Assembly: GCF_009914755.1 (NCBI RefSeq) | Contig: NC_060935.1 | Length of the DNA stretch: 64,000 nt | Strand: one strand, 5' to 3' | DNA from: the human T2T-CHM13v2.0 reference genome, Homo sapiens | Shown: one piece after another, positions 43,292-55,140 of the stretch | Numbering within the stretch: the stretch's first letter is position 1 | Layout of the letters: each line of letters starts with the position of its first letter | Translations under genes and position numbers: made by a program | Notes under the pieces: generated by a model | Told to the model about the DNA's origin: nothing | The model's input: the letters and a program-made list of their open reading frames with translations, nothing else | The model's database searches: none

Positions 43292-43765
43292 TTGTAAAGG
43301 ATTGAACGGTGTTCCTCCAAAATTCATGTCCACCTGGAAGCTCAGAATGTGACATTTGGAAATAGTTTTTGCTGATATATTTAGTTAAGTTAAAATGAAG
43401 TCATTTTTTGCTAGATAAATAGAGAAAACAAGATGAGATCACACTGGATTAGGGTGGACTTTAAATCTAATAATTGGTTTCTTTATAAGAAGAGGAAAGG
43501 ACACACAGAGACAGACAGAACTATATAAAGACAAAGGCAAAGATTGGAGTGAAGTAACACCAAGCAACACGAAAGATTGTCAGGGGTCACCATAAGCTAG
43601 AGGAGAGATGGGACTAATTTTTCCCTTGGCGTTTCTAGAAGGAACCAACCCTGCTCATGGCTTGATTTTGAACTTCTAGCCTCCTGAACTATCAGGGTAT
43701 AAATTTCTGTTGTTTTAAGCTAAGTTCATGATGACGTATTATTAAAACCCTAGGAAACTAATAAG
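43292..43765 (+). mobile_element. MLT1B/C MaLR solo LTR
   Basis: 'aaaattcatgtccacctggaagctcagaatgtgac'...'cttctagcctcctgaact'...'ctaggaaactaata'. Confidence 0.85.
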
Positions 43766-45954
43766 ATAGCAAAATATTTTGCTAAGTTGAGAAGTTAATA
43801 ATTAGTCATCAGGGACTCCAGCATATTTGGCATTTCATGAATTCTGCCTGAGATTTTGTCATGAAATCTAGATTATAATTCAAATTCCAGATAATGGTTT
43901 TGGGAAACAAAAGGGCTTAGAAAAATATTTAAAATTTGAACCAGTCATATTTAGGTTTCCTTGCTGTCTGTTTCTAGTGTATCACAGTCTGATATGCTAA
44001 ACAACATAGTCACTGATAACAACTAAAAATGGGTAACATATTAAAACTATGCATTAGTGAGCTAACAACATGGTAAGGCATCCTGAGAGTCCAATGATGT
44101 GAACATGGGGCTCCAGAAAGATGAGCCAGTTCTGATGTCAGCTTTTGCCCATCTACTGGGCCTTCATGACCTTCACTTCCCAGTTTGAAGGCTATCCGGG
44201 GAACAGGTGAGCAGGAGAAAACATATAGAGCCCAACCAAGGTAATGAGTCTAAATATGACCCCTTCTTGACACTGGGACTGAAGGGCACAATTACAGTGC
44301 AAGGGTGAAAAATAAATTACTCCCAGAAGGAAATATTAAGAAAACTTCTCTGTTACCATCTTGGTTTTGAGTAGAAGTGGGAAAAAAATATCTCTAGTGA
44401 AATGTCTTAGCTATGAGCCTATTTTCTGGCCACTTTGTAGCCTAAGTTTATATTACTTGTGCAGGTTCAAAAAACTTCAAGTCAAGGTTTAGTTTTAAAG
44501 TGACTCCAGGTTGAGACAAAGGCAAGTCCCCTCTAAATCACCTTCAAGCAGGCTTTGAAAAATTTGGACTGATAAAGTTCATCAGCATAACAAAGCTGGA
44601 CAAATACACATGATGCCAGAGAGTAGGAGCAGATGTGAAGTATCTGCAGATACTGGAATGACCAAGTGAAGAATATAAACTTTGTATGTTTAACTTGTTA
44701 CAATAAATAAAATATAAGATTAACATAAGTTTAGATGACAATAAAATATGATAAAAATGCCTGAAAATAAATCAAACAGATCTTTGAGATATAAATAAGT
44801 AAATTGAATTTAAAACCATAATAAATGGCTAAAGAGCAAATAGTATACAGATGAAAAAAGTTAATGAACTGAAAAATAGATATGAAAAAATTACCCAAAA
44901 GCTACACAAGCAGATACAGAGGTAGACAATTTCAAAGAGGAGAGTTTTAACATGTTAGAATGAGAAGGTCTAACATGCATCTAATTGGAATTATTAGGAA
45001 TTATTTAGAATTCCAAAATAAAATAATGGAATGTGTGAGAGGCAAAATTAGAAGTAATTATGCCTGAGTGTTAAAAAAATAATAATTTGAGATAAATAAT
45101 TTAAAAATATAAAAAATCTTAAAGACTTAATGAATTCTTAATTTCAGAAACCCAAAAACGTTTCCAAGCAGCTTAAATAAAAATAAATATACCTCTAGAT
45201 ATTTATTAGTGGAATTGCAGAAAACCAAAGAAAAAGAGATGATCATAAATGCAGTCAGAGAGAAAAGACAGATTATCTGAAAAAGAATAACAAGTAGACT
45301 AACAGCAAACTTCTCAACAGCAGAGAAAGAAGGGAGAAGCCAGTGAAATATGTTTTAAAGTAACTGAGAGAAAATAGCTGCTAACCTAGAATTTTAAATC
45401 CAAATAAACCTATATTTCAAGGATAAATGTAAAACTATTTTTCAGGTAAAAGCAGAAGCACTTTGCCAAAAACAGATCTTTACCAACGGAACTATTTCAA
45501 GTAGAAAGAAAAAAAATCCCAGATGAAAGGTCTTAAGTGAAAGATGTGTTGATGAGCAGAGGAAGAGTTTAATATGATGCTACATCTGGACAAACACTAT
45601 ATAAAAAAATCACAGTGTCTTGTAGGCTTAAAAGAAGATAGAATTAAAATACATAGAAATATGAATGTATATTTTGGGAGGCGGTGACTAGAGTCAACTT
45701 TGATTAATTTTTTTAATTATGTCTATTAAAATTGCTGGCATAACCACTAAAAGACTAGAAAATCACTTATATAAGCTGCATGTTATTTGAGGGCAAAAGA
45801 GAATGATTCAAATAAAAAAATTCAATTAATAGAAGTCAAAGTAAAGAAAAGAAGTTAGCAAAAAACAGCACACATAGCATAAGATACAGTGGTGACAACA
45901 GCTTTAAAAATATTACAAATCACAATAAATGCAAAGGGCTAAACTCTTTGAGAC

Positions 45955-46980
45955 AAAGATAGTGAATGCAATGTGGTATCCTGAATTAGATGCCGGAACA
46001 GAAAAGGAACATTAGTGAAAAGGCTAATGAAATACAAAAAGTCTGTAGTTTACTTAGTTGCACTCTATTAATGTTGATTTTTCAGTTTTGACAAATGTAT
46101 TGTTACCGGAGGGTCTTTGTTCTTAGAACTCCCAAGGTAGTGGCAGGCTGCTCCCAAGATGGCAGCAAGCCTTTGTTCTCTGACCTGGGGTTCTTGGCCT
46201 CACGGATTCCAAGGAATGGAGCCTTGGGCCCTGAGGTGAGTGTTATAGCACTATTAGAAGCCGTGGGTCATGGAAGAGAACCGTGGAACCCAGCGACTAG
46301 CATTCAGCTCGATTAGGACCAACCTGAGCACTTAGTCGCGCTAGGAACAATGGTGAGCCTCTAACCCTATCGGAGCGGCAATGGGTGCCTCGCTGGATCA
46401 GAAGCTAAACAGACACCCTGCCGGATCTGGAGGGGTGGAAGTCAATGGCGGGTCTGCGACGGCGGCGTTCAGCAGTGGTGGACGGTGAACAAAAGCTCAG
46501 CCTGAGCCGGAACAAACGCGGCCCAGAAGAGTGTGCAGTTGCAAGATTTAATAGAGTGAAAACAGAGCTTCCATACGATGGGAGGGGACCCAAAGGGGGT
46601 TGCCACTGCTGGCTCAAATGCCCTGGGTTTATATCCCTATCATTGTCCCTCCTCCTGTGCTCTCAGGCAATAGATCATTTGATTATTTCTTTACCTCCTG
46701 CTTTTAGCCTAATTTGTATTTTAGTGAGCCCTCTTATTACCTGATCGGTCGGGTGTGAGCTGAGTTACAAGCCCTGTATTTAAAGGTGAGTGAGGTCACC
46801 TTCCCCAGCTAGCCTTAGGAATTCTTAGTCGGCCTAGGAAGTCCAGCTAGTCCTGTCTCTCAGTATCAAGGTTATATAATATGTTAATATGAGAGGAAGC
46901 TAGGTAAAGGGCATATAGAAACTATTATACTTGCAACTTTTCTGTAAATATAAAATTATTTCAAAAAAGTTTATTTAAAA
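45955..46980 (+). mobile_element. L1MC-type 3' end split by LTR17
   Basis: 'aatgcaatgtggtatcctga...ttttgacaaatgtat | caaggttat...gcaacttttctgtaaat'. Confidence 0.75.
46101..46862 (-). mobile_element. HERV-W solo LTR (LTR17)
   Basis: Minus strand begins TGAGAGACAGGACTAGCTGGACTTCCTAGGCCGACTAAGAAT and ends ...GGTAACA; contains a TATA-like GATATAAA and ATTAAA; perfect 4-bp TSD GTAT. Confidence 0.92.
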
Positions 46981-47119
46981 AGTCAAAGGTAGTTCTAATG
47001 GACTTTTTAAAAAATATAACTCATTTATGAGAGATATAATTAAAATGAAGAATCAGACTAGTTGAAAGTGAGAGAATAAAAATTATATGTCATCAAATCC
47101 CAATGAACAGAAATATGGG

Positions 47120-48010
<891 letters not shown>

Positions 48011-48546
48011 TGATACTTCAGCAGCTTTCTGTGGGGGGGGAAAAAGAGTAGTGGTAAGCATGTCATGGCTTGTGTGACCTAATGTTTAGCTTCTGGGAAG
48101 GCTTCTTACCCCATCCCTACCTCACAATCCAAAGGATCACATTATATACTCCCATCAACTTAAAATACCATGTTTGATGTAGAAAAAAAGTACTTGCTCA
48201 TCTTAGACGAATGAGTTTTCTTTATTAAAAGCAATATTTGATAGGTGAAGAGAGAGCAATTTCTGTATAACATCGCTGGCTACCTGAGGGGGCTATGAAG
48301 GTACTGAATAAAGAGACAGGAAACTCCTAAACCAAAGTTTACTTGGCATAAGACAACATTTTTTTCAGAGTATATATTTGGAAAACATTTGGTCTTAGAC
48401 ACGTTTATCAAAATGAAAAAGGTTTATAATCAATTGAGTTTAGAAAATAAACTCAGGGAGCATTACTAGAAATAAAGAGGGTTACTTCATATTTATAAGA
48501 CAATCAACTCTCAATGTTGATAAAACAATTAAAAATATAGGTATGT

Positions 48547-48929
48547 CGTATTAGTCTGTTCTTACATTGCTGTAAAGAACTACCTGAGACTGGGCAATTT
48601 ATAAAGAAAATAGGTTTAATTGATTCACAGTTCTGCAGGCTGTACAGGAAGCATGGCAAGGGAACCTCAGGAAACTTACAATCATGGTGGAAAGGTGAAG
48701 GAGAAGCAAGCACATCTTACCATGGTGGAGCAATAGAGAGAGAGTGAAGCGGGAAGTGCTATACACTTTTAAATAACCAGATCTCGTGATAACTCACTCA
48801 CTATCACAAGAACAGCAAGGGGAAATCCACCTTCATGATCCAGTCACTTCCTGCCAGGTCCCTCCCCCAACATTGGGAATTACAATTTGACATGAGATTT
48901 GGGTGGGAACACAGAGCCAAACCATATCA
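48547..48929 (-). mobile_element. MSTA/THE1D MaLR solo LTR
   Basis: (C)GTATTAGTCTG...CCATATCA termini; TSD TATGT/TCTGT. Confidence 0.9.
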
Positions 48930-50139
48930 TCTGTAGTAACATAGCCTCAAAATATATCAATAAAAGATTGACAAAACTATTAGGGGAAAAAAGAACATAC
49001 CCATCCTCACAGTTGGAAATTTTAATATTTCCCTCTCAGTACTTGATGGATAAAGCAGACAACAGTCAGAACAAATATTGATTATTTGGTCAATTCAATA
49101 GCAACCTTGATCTAATGATCTGCTCTATATAGGACGTTATGTTTAGCAACTGGAGAATACACATGAGTATTTTAGAAATTTTGAAATATTAGAGGTTGTT
49201 CTAATGACCTATTATTGATTTCTACCTTAATTGTATAATAGTTAAAAATGAAGTCTTTCTACTAAACTATGGTGAATTTCAAACTTGGTGATTTTCAAAG
49301 TCAATTTTCATGTCCTGCGTAAGCTTGAAAAGAAGGTCAGTATAGAATATTTATAGCCAGCTTTGAGAGAAATGTATAGTTAGAAACTTTTATATTAGAA
49401 GCAAAGGATGAATGTTACCATGCTAACATCCATTTCAAGGGGCTAGAAAAAGAAGAGTAGAATAAACTTAGGCATCTTTCTTTCCCTTAGTGTCAGTGAT
49501 TAGAGAATCACTGTAATTCTTTGTTGAAATGTCACAAGACGAAAGACCCTGAAAATATGATGTGATAATATGACCCACTCCAAAAAAAGTCCCCCAGTGA
49601 GCTATGGTGGTTTCAATAATACTGCTTATTCTTTCAGAAGGCTGTGGGAATGTAAGGGTGGGCAGGACTAAGCTAGGCTAGAGGCTGGGGAAAAGAGCTC
49701 TCTGAAGAAAAAGGATTTAAACTGAACTCTCAAGGGCAAGCAGGATTCATCTAGCAAAGAACCCTTACTGTACAACTCTGAAGAAGACAATCTTTCTGCT
49801 GAGAAGTTTGGTTCCTCTTTTCTGGATTCAATAAAGTCTGACACAGAGCTCAGAGAGAACCTTGCCTGGCAGGGACATGGAAAAGCTGACCAGCACTAAC
49901 CTCTCTTTCTCAGGAACAAGGTCTTTTCTGCCTCTTAACTGCTCAGAATTCATGAGCCAAAGATGTTTGTCTCATTAACCTCATGTTAGGGAGAAGAGGA
50001 TGAAAATGAGTTGATCAATCAGGACTTTGTTTCCTAGTAGCTGATTATAATCATCCAGATACATATGCCTGATTGAAATTGTTCATGATTGAAGATTGGA
50101 TAGTTGAAGCGGGCTGGTCTCATGGAAGTTTAATCAAAT

Positions 50140-50620
50140 GTTTGATGCAGTGAAAAATGTACTGGACTGGGAGGCAGGGGACTCCAGTTCTTGTTTCTAG
50201 TTCATCTACAACCAGCTATGCGATTTGGAGAATTTCCTGTTATCTCTGTATTGCCAGTCTACTAATTTGAAATGAAGGGGTGGGGTTTCATAATCTATGA
50301 GACACTGTTGAGCTGACTAACATCTCTACTTATCTTCACTAGAGGGTGAACAAGACCTCCTGTGCTTTGGGTATTGGGTTTTGGGCAATCGAATGGCAGT
50401 GGTGATAATGATAATAGCACTAAAAATAGCTAACCACATTCTGAGGGCTACACATTTCACATGCCTGACTTCATTTAGTACTCACAATAACCCTATGAGG
50501 TAAAAAATACTCTTGGCCTCATCTTACAGTCAGGAACCTGAAACAAAAGGAAGTAAAGTAACTTGCCCAAGGTCATGTGCTCATAAAGCATGGAGTCAGG
50601 GGTGAACCAATCACACAGGC
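50140..50620. mobile_element. Two MIR fragments (+ ~50140-50320; - ~50420-50620)
   Basis: 'actggactgggaggcagggg' and 'tcacaataaccctatgaggta...gtaacttgcccaaggtca'. Confidence 0.7.
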
Positions 50621-50853
50621 TGACTGCACATAGCAACCACATACACACTACCTTGCCATCTGAGAAGGTGCTTGGGGAGGGAGGAAGGGGGGACATGAGA
50701 GAGACCACCACCAAGTGAAAGAAGGAAATGGAGTAAAAGATAGGTTGGGGCTATGACACACTTCATCTGTTTCCCAATTTGGTTTAAGACAGGCCATGAC
50801 AAGCCAGCCACATTGCACATCTCCAAGGGCATTAGCCACATCCACACAGAGTG

Positions 50854-51282
50854 TGTTCTTCAGTGGGCAGGTATGTGCAAACCTACCCCCAAAGTCCCAG
50901 GAAGCTGAGAGGCTGAAGAAAGAGGCTGGCATATTTAGTGTGGCATATTTCTCAAAAAGAAACATTTAATAGGGACTTACAAACAGAAGCCATGTTTGTG
51001 TCTCAGGTGTAGGTGAGACAAGATGGTGGATCCCATGCCGTTACTCTCCAGACCCAGGGCTTATATACCATAGAGAAAGGTGACTCAGAATGGATGTCTA
51101 GGATGACTGAAGTATAAAAGCATTAAGACTGTTTGACCTGAGGGCAGAATTTATGGTAAGTACCTGCTCTTACACAAGGAACAATAGATAAACTGGAAGT
51201 CTTAGAGGCCTTCCCAGAACAGGCTTAATTGAAGTCAGTGTGGTAGATCAGCATCCAAGATGGAGTTACTTTGGACTCCAAA
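50854..51282 (-). mobile_element. ERV solo LTR (LTR47-like, tentative)
   Basis: 5-bp TSD GAGTG (50849-50853 / 51283-51287); the minus strand has 'ccaaagtaactccatcttggatgct', TATATAA and ATTAAA. Confidence 0.7.
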
Positions 51283-52220
51283 GAGTGCAGTGTGAATGGC
51301 ACACTCTGGAGTTGTCCAACATGCAGCCCTGGGCCAGGTAAAGTACAATAAGAGGGGCAGCATCTACCTCACCCTCTCAAAATCGCTTCCGTCCTTTCTT
51401 CTCACTGCTGGGGTGAGACTCAACCTACTCTAAATTTATGTGAGGTAGATGTAGGAGGTGGGAGGTGGAAATCAGCCTTCAAAAAGATAAAATTTTAATA
51501 TGCTTAATATAAACCAGAAAGTTTTCTAAATTTAAAGCTCATTTATTCAAGAAAAGATATTCATATTAATACACAAAGACACATATGAATCTGATTGTTT
51601 CAGACCTACTAGCAGAGAGAATCTTCTTTCTGACCCTTTCTTCTTTTCTGTAGCTCAGGATATTTGGAAGATGTATACAAACTCTTGGCTTTATTTGGCT
51701 TCTTTCCCCAAGAAAATGTTGATCTTGCTTGCAAGGTAAACTCTTATAGGACCATAGACCTTTCCCTTTGTAGTTTAGGCAGTTTGCTGTCTGAGTAGAT
51801 GATAGAAATGGACATAGAAATTCTAAATTAGTATATAAAGGGGATTTCAGTTTAAGGAGAGGTGATTAATAACGGGATCCTGGAGTTCTGAGATGATTGT
51901 TCTCTTGTCAAGAAGAGTATTTATTTCTTGCTTCTGCTCAAAAACAGGAGGGACCTATTACTAGAATCTTTGAGGCCCTTGAGAAACCAATGGGCTTTGA
52001 CAAGCTATGCTGGTTTAATTGGAGTCAATATTCTTGTGGTTATGTTGATTTGATTATATTATCATGCCTGTTACATCATGATCCTGTTGAAGGAACAGCC
52101 TTATGCAGTTAACTTTGTAACAGGAAAAAATAAATGTAATTTACAAAATTAGACTTTCATAAGAATCATGTCATTAAAAAAAGAGAATCAATCATGTCAG
52201 AATTTTTCATTCGTTCTTTT

Positions 52221-53133
52221 ACAAAATGGTGGATAGGAGGCAGGACTAACTTGTAGCTCCCACTTGGATGGACAGAGCAGTGTGTGGAGACTCACATAGT
52301 GAATTTTTGCTCCAAGAACTACTGCAGGAACATACTAGGAAAGCCAAGAGAATCCACAAACCCTTTGAAAGAAGCAGGTTGCTGTTGCAGGCCTCCGGAG
52401 ACAGCTAAAAAACTGTCCAAAGTGTGAAAGTGTGAAAGGGGAATTGTCTGCCCTCAAACACACCCCCTCACTGGGGAACATGAAGGTCCAGATCATGGGA
52501 GGATTTGATCTTACCTGGAGCTGAGACAAATTTAGTGAGCTGAGCAAAGTACAGGGGTAGAAGAAGCAGAGGGATGAGCCCTGTGGGGTCTTTATGTCCC
52601 AAGGGAAGCCGTTTCTGAGTTTGTCTCACAGAGGTCCTTGGGGAGGGCTGCCAGAGGAACTGAGAAAAGACCACAGGGAGAAGGAAACTTCTAGCTGAAT
52701 TTGTAACAGTTTTCACCGAACACAAAGTTTCCTGGAGAGAATCTGAGGGTGTGTGGAGGGGTGTGAATTTGGAATGCAGACATAGCACAGAACCTGTAGC
52801 AGGTGGGGAGATGCTAAACTTGAAAACCCTGCGTGCTTTCTCAGCCGTGAGACTGGTAGCCCGGGGCAAGTTCTCAGCCCTGTTCACCTTCTGCCTGGAA
52901 ATAAACTTGGTGCTGTTGGGGTGGGGGCACAATGGGAGTGAGATCAGCCTTTTGGGCTGCAAGGGAGCTGCGTGAAGCCTGTAACTGCTGGCTTTCCCCT
53001 CTTCCCTGGTGACCTGGATGATGCAGCAGAGGCAGCCATAATCTTCCTGAGAACATAACTCCATTGGTGTGAGAACCACACCCATACCCCACAGTAGCTG
53101 CAGCAAGCCCCATCTAAGGAGAGTCTGAGCTCA
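52221..53133 (+). mobile_element. Isolated 5'UTR of an older primate L1 (L1PB/L1PA15-17 type) with no ORF1/ORF2
   Basis: 'aaaatggtggataggaggcaggactaacttgtagctcccact...gcagcaagccccatctaaggagagtctgagctca'. Confidence 0.8.
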
Positions 53134-53169
53134 TGTGTTTATTTATTCTTTTGTTGATAGTTCTACCAG

Positions 53170-54150
53170 TAGAGTGCAGTGATTAAAGGTATTAAGTTTG
53201 GAATTTAACAGCTGGACTTAAATCCCAGCCTTCAACTTTCTAGCTGTGTGTTCTTGGGCAAATGATTTAATCTCTTGAGTTCAGATTTTCTTAATTGTAA
53301 ATGGGATTAATAGTAGTACCTATCCGAACCCCCCTTTGCAAAGACATAACGGCAGGAGAAATCTAACGTGGCTGACTCCATCTTACCTCTAGCGTCACAG
53401 GCTAGCTGTCTTCACTCATTCCTGGGCATAGACCAAGCTATCCATGGGAGGAATTTAGTTTATAGTTTAACTTGGAAGAAGGGTGATAATAGTCCCTTTC
53501 TAAAACTCACCCCCTCCTTGCTCAGGGACCAAAAACTAATGAAAAGCCATGAGATTAGGATTAGGGGAGGAGCCTGAACTCTGCTAAAATGTAGGCATAG
53601 TTTCTATAATCCCTTACTGCTCAGGAGTCATGTGGTCAGAGTTTACAAGATTTATGACTTCCCCAGTTGCTTCTATAGATAACATCACTATTGTAGAACC
53701 TAAGGTTGGTCTTTTGAGATGTTTTTTAGATTTTTGCATTTTGGCAACAGGCCTGGACCTGTGACTCATGACTCATAACTTACCCAGTCCTGTGGCCCAT
53801 ACTCAGAGGTAGACGTAGTGTATGAGGATCATTTTTCACACCCCTATGATTTTATCCTCAACCAATCAGCAGTACTCATTCCCTAGCCCCTACTCACCAA
53901 TTATCCATAAAAACCCTAGCCTCTGAATTCTTAGGGAGACTGATTTGAGTGATAACTTCCGTCCTTCTGCTTGGCTGCCTTGTGTTAATTAAATTCTTTC
54001 TTTACTGCAGTATCATAGTTTCAGTGAATTTTTTTTTTTTCTGTGCAACAGGCAGGGAGAACCCATTGGGTGATTACTTATCTCCTAGATCCATTATGAG
54101 GATCAAATCAGATAATGATATAGTAAAAACTCAATAAGTGTAATCAATTC
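53170..54150 (+). mobile_element. MIR split by an LTR8-family insertion
   Basis: 'ttaaatcccagc...gtaaatgggattaatagtagtacctatc | tcctag...tatgaggatcaaatcagataatg'. Confidence 0.75.
53325..54078 (+). mobile_element. LTR8-family (LTR8B-like) solo LTR
   Basis: 'cctttgcaaag...gctgactccatctt...ggaggaatttagtttatagtttaac'; CCAAT at ~53862; 4-bp TSD TATC. Confidence 0.8.
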
Positions 54151-54312
54151 ATATTAATAAAATAATACCTTTATCTAACCCAGAGAAAAAAGCTCAATGA
54201 ATAATATAGAATTTCAAAAATAAACTAAATATGTTTTATTTCTATCAAGGTTTATTTCTTACTTGTTTGGGATTCTGACAAGATTAGGGCTTTGAAGCTT
54301 AAAAGTAAACAT

Positions 54313-54315
<3 letters not shown>

Positions 54316-54359
<44 letters not shown>

Positions 54360-54365
54360 CACACA
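54316..54365. repeat. (CA)n microsatellite
   Basis: Seen directly. Confidence 0.95.
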
Positions 54366-55051
54366 TATGTATAATACACCACCCCTAAATAAAATTTACT
54401 TTTTCGCCACAAATGAAAAATTTTCCACTTCTGCCTAAAAGAATACTGAATGATCCATTTTGTTCTACAGAAGAGAGAATATATACTTCTCAACCACCTT
54501 CACTATTGAATATCCTTCTAGAAGAACTAAAAGCTTCTCTTTGTTATTGACCTAGGTATAGTGTGTCAAGAGGTCAGATGACAGTGTGTGTCTGGCCCCT
54601 TATTTGATTGTCTACTCATGCTGAAAAGATGTACAAAAAGCAGCATCTTCCAAAGTTGTAGAGATGGGAAGAGAGATTAAAGGAGACTCTCACTGATTCA
54701 TACAGGGGCTTCCATATTGGTTTCAATTTTGAGTAGTGATTTTTTTCAGTTCATATTGAATCCTGCCTTAAACACAAGCACGTGCACCAATATTAACAAT
54801 AAACACTAGCTTAGATAAATTGAGTTCTTATTGTGTTCTGTGCACTATTCCAATATCTCTACAGGGATTTCCTTATTTAATCCTCATATAGAGACACCAG
54901 GAAAATACTATTATTATCCCTATTTAATGGATAAGAAACTGACTTAGTGGAGTTAAGGACTTGTTTAAATCATACTGCTGATTGTCCTATTCATCAAATT
55001 TATTGAGCACCTAATCTGTGAAGGGCTCTGTGGAATATGAAGATAGGAGAG

Positions 55052-55140
55052 GTCCCCTTGGAGCTTGTAATCTAATGGCAAGAAGTGAGGCACTTTTTGT
55101 CCCCTTAGAGCTTGTAATCTAATGACAAGAAGTGAGGCAC
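55052..55140. repeat. 42-bp direct duplication separated by TTTTT, within an L2 fragment
   Basis: GTCCCCTT(G/A)GAGCTTGTAATCTAATG(G/A)CAAGAAGTGAGGCAC occurs twice. Confidence 0.9.

Noticed and set aside
46095-46744. ORFs within the HERV-W element as viral genes
   Set aside because: The element is a solo LTR bounded by TSDs; no gag, pol or env is present.
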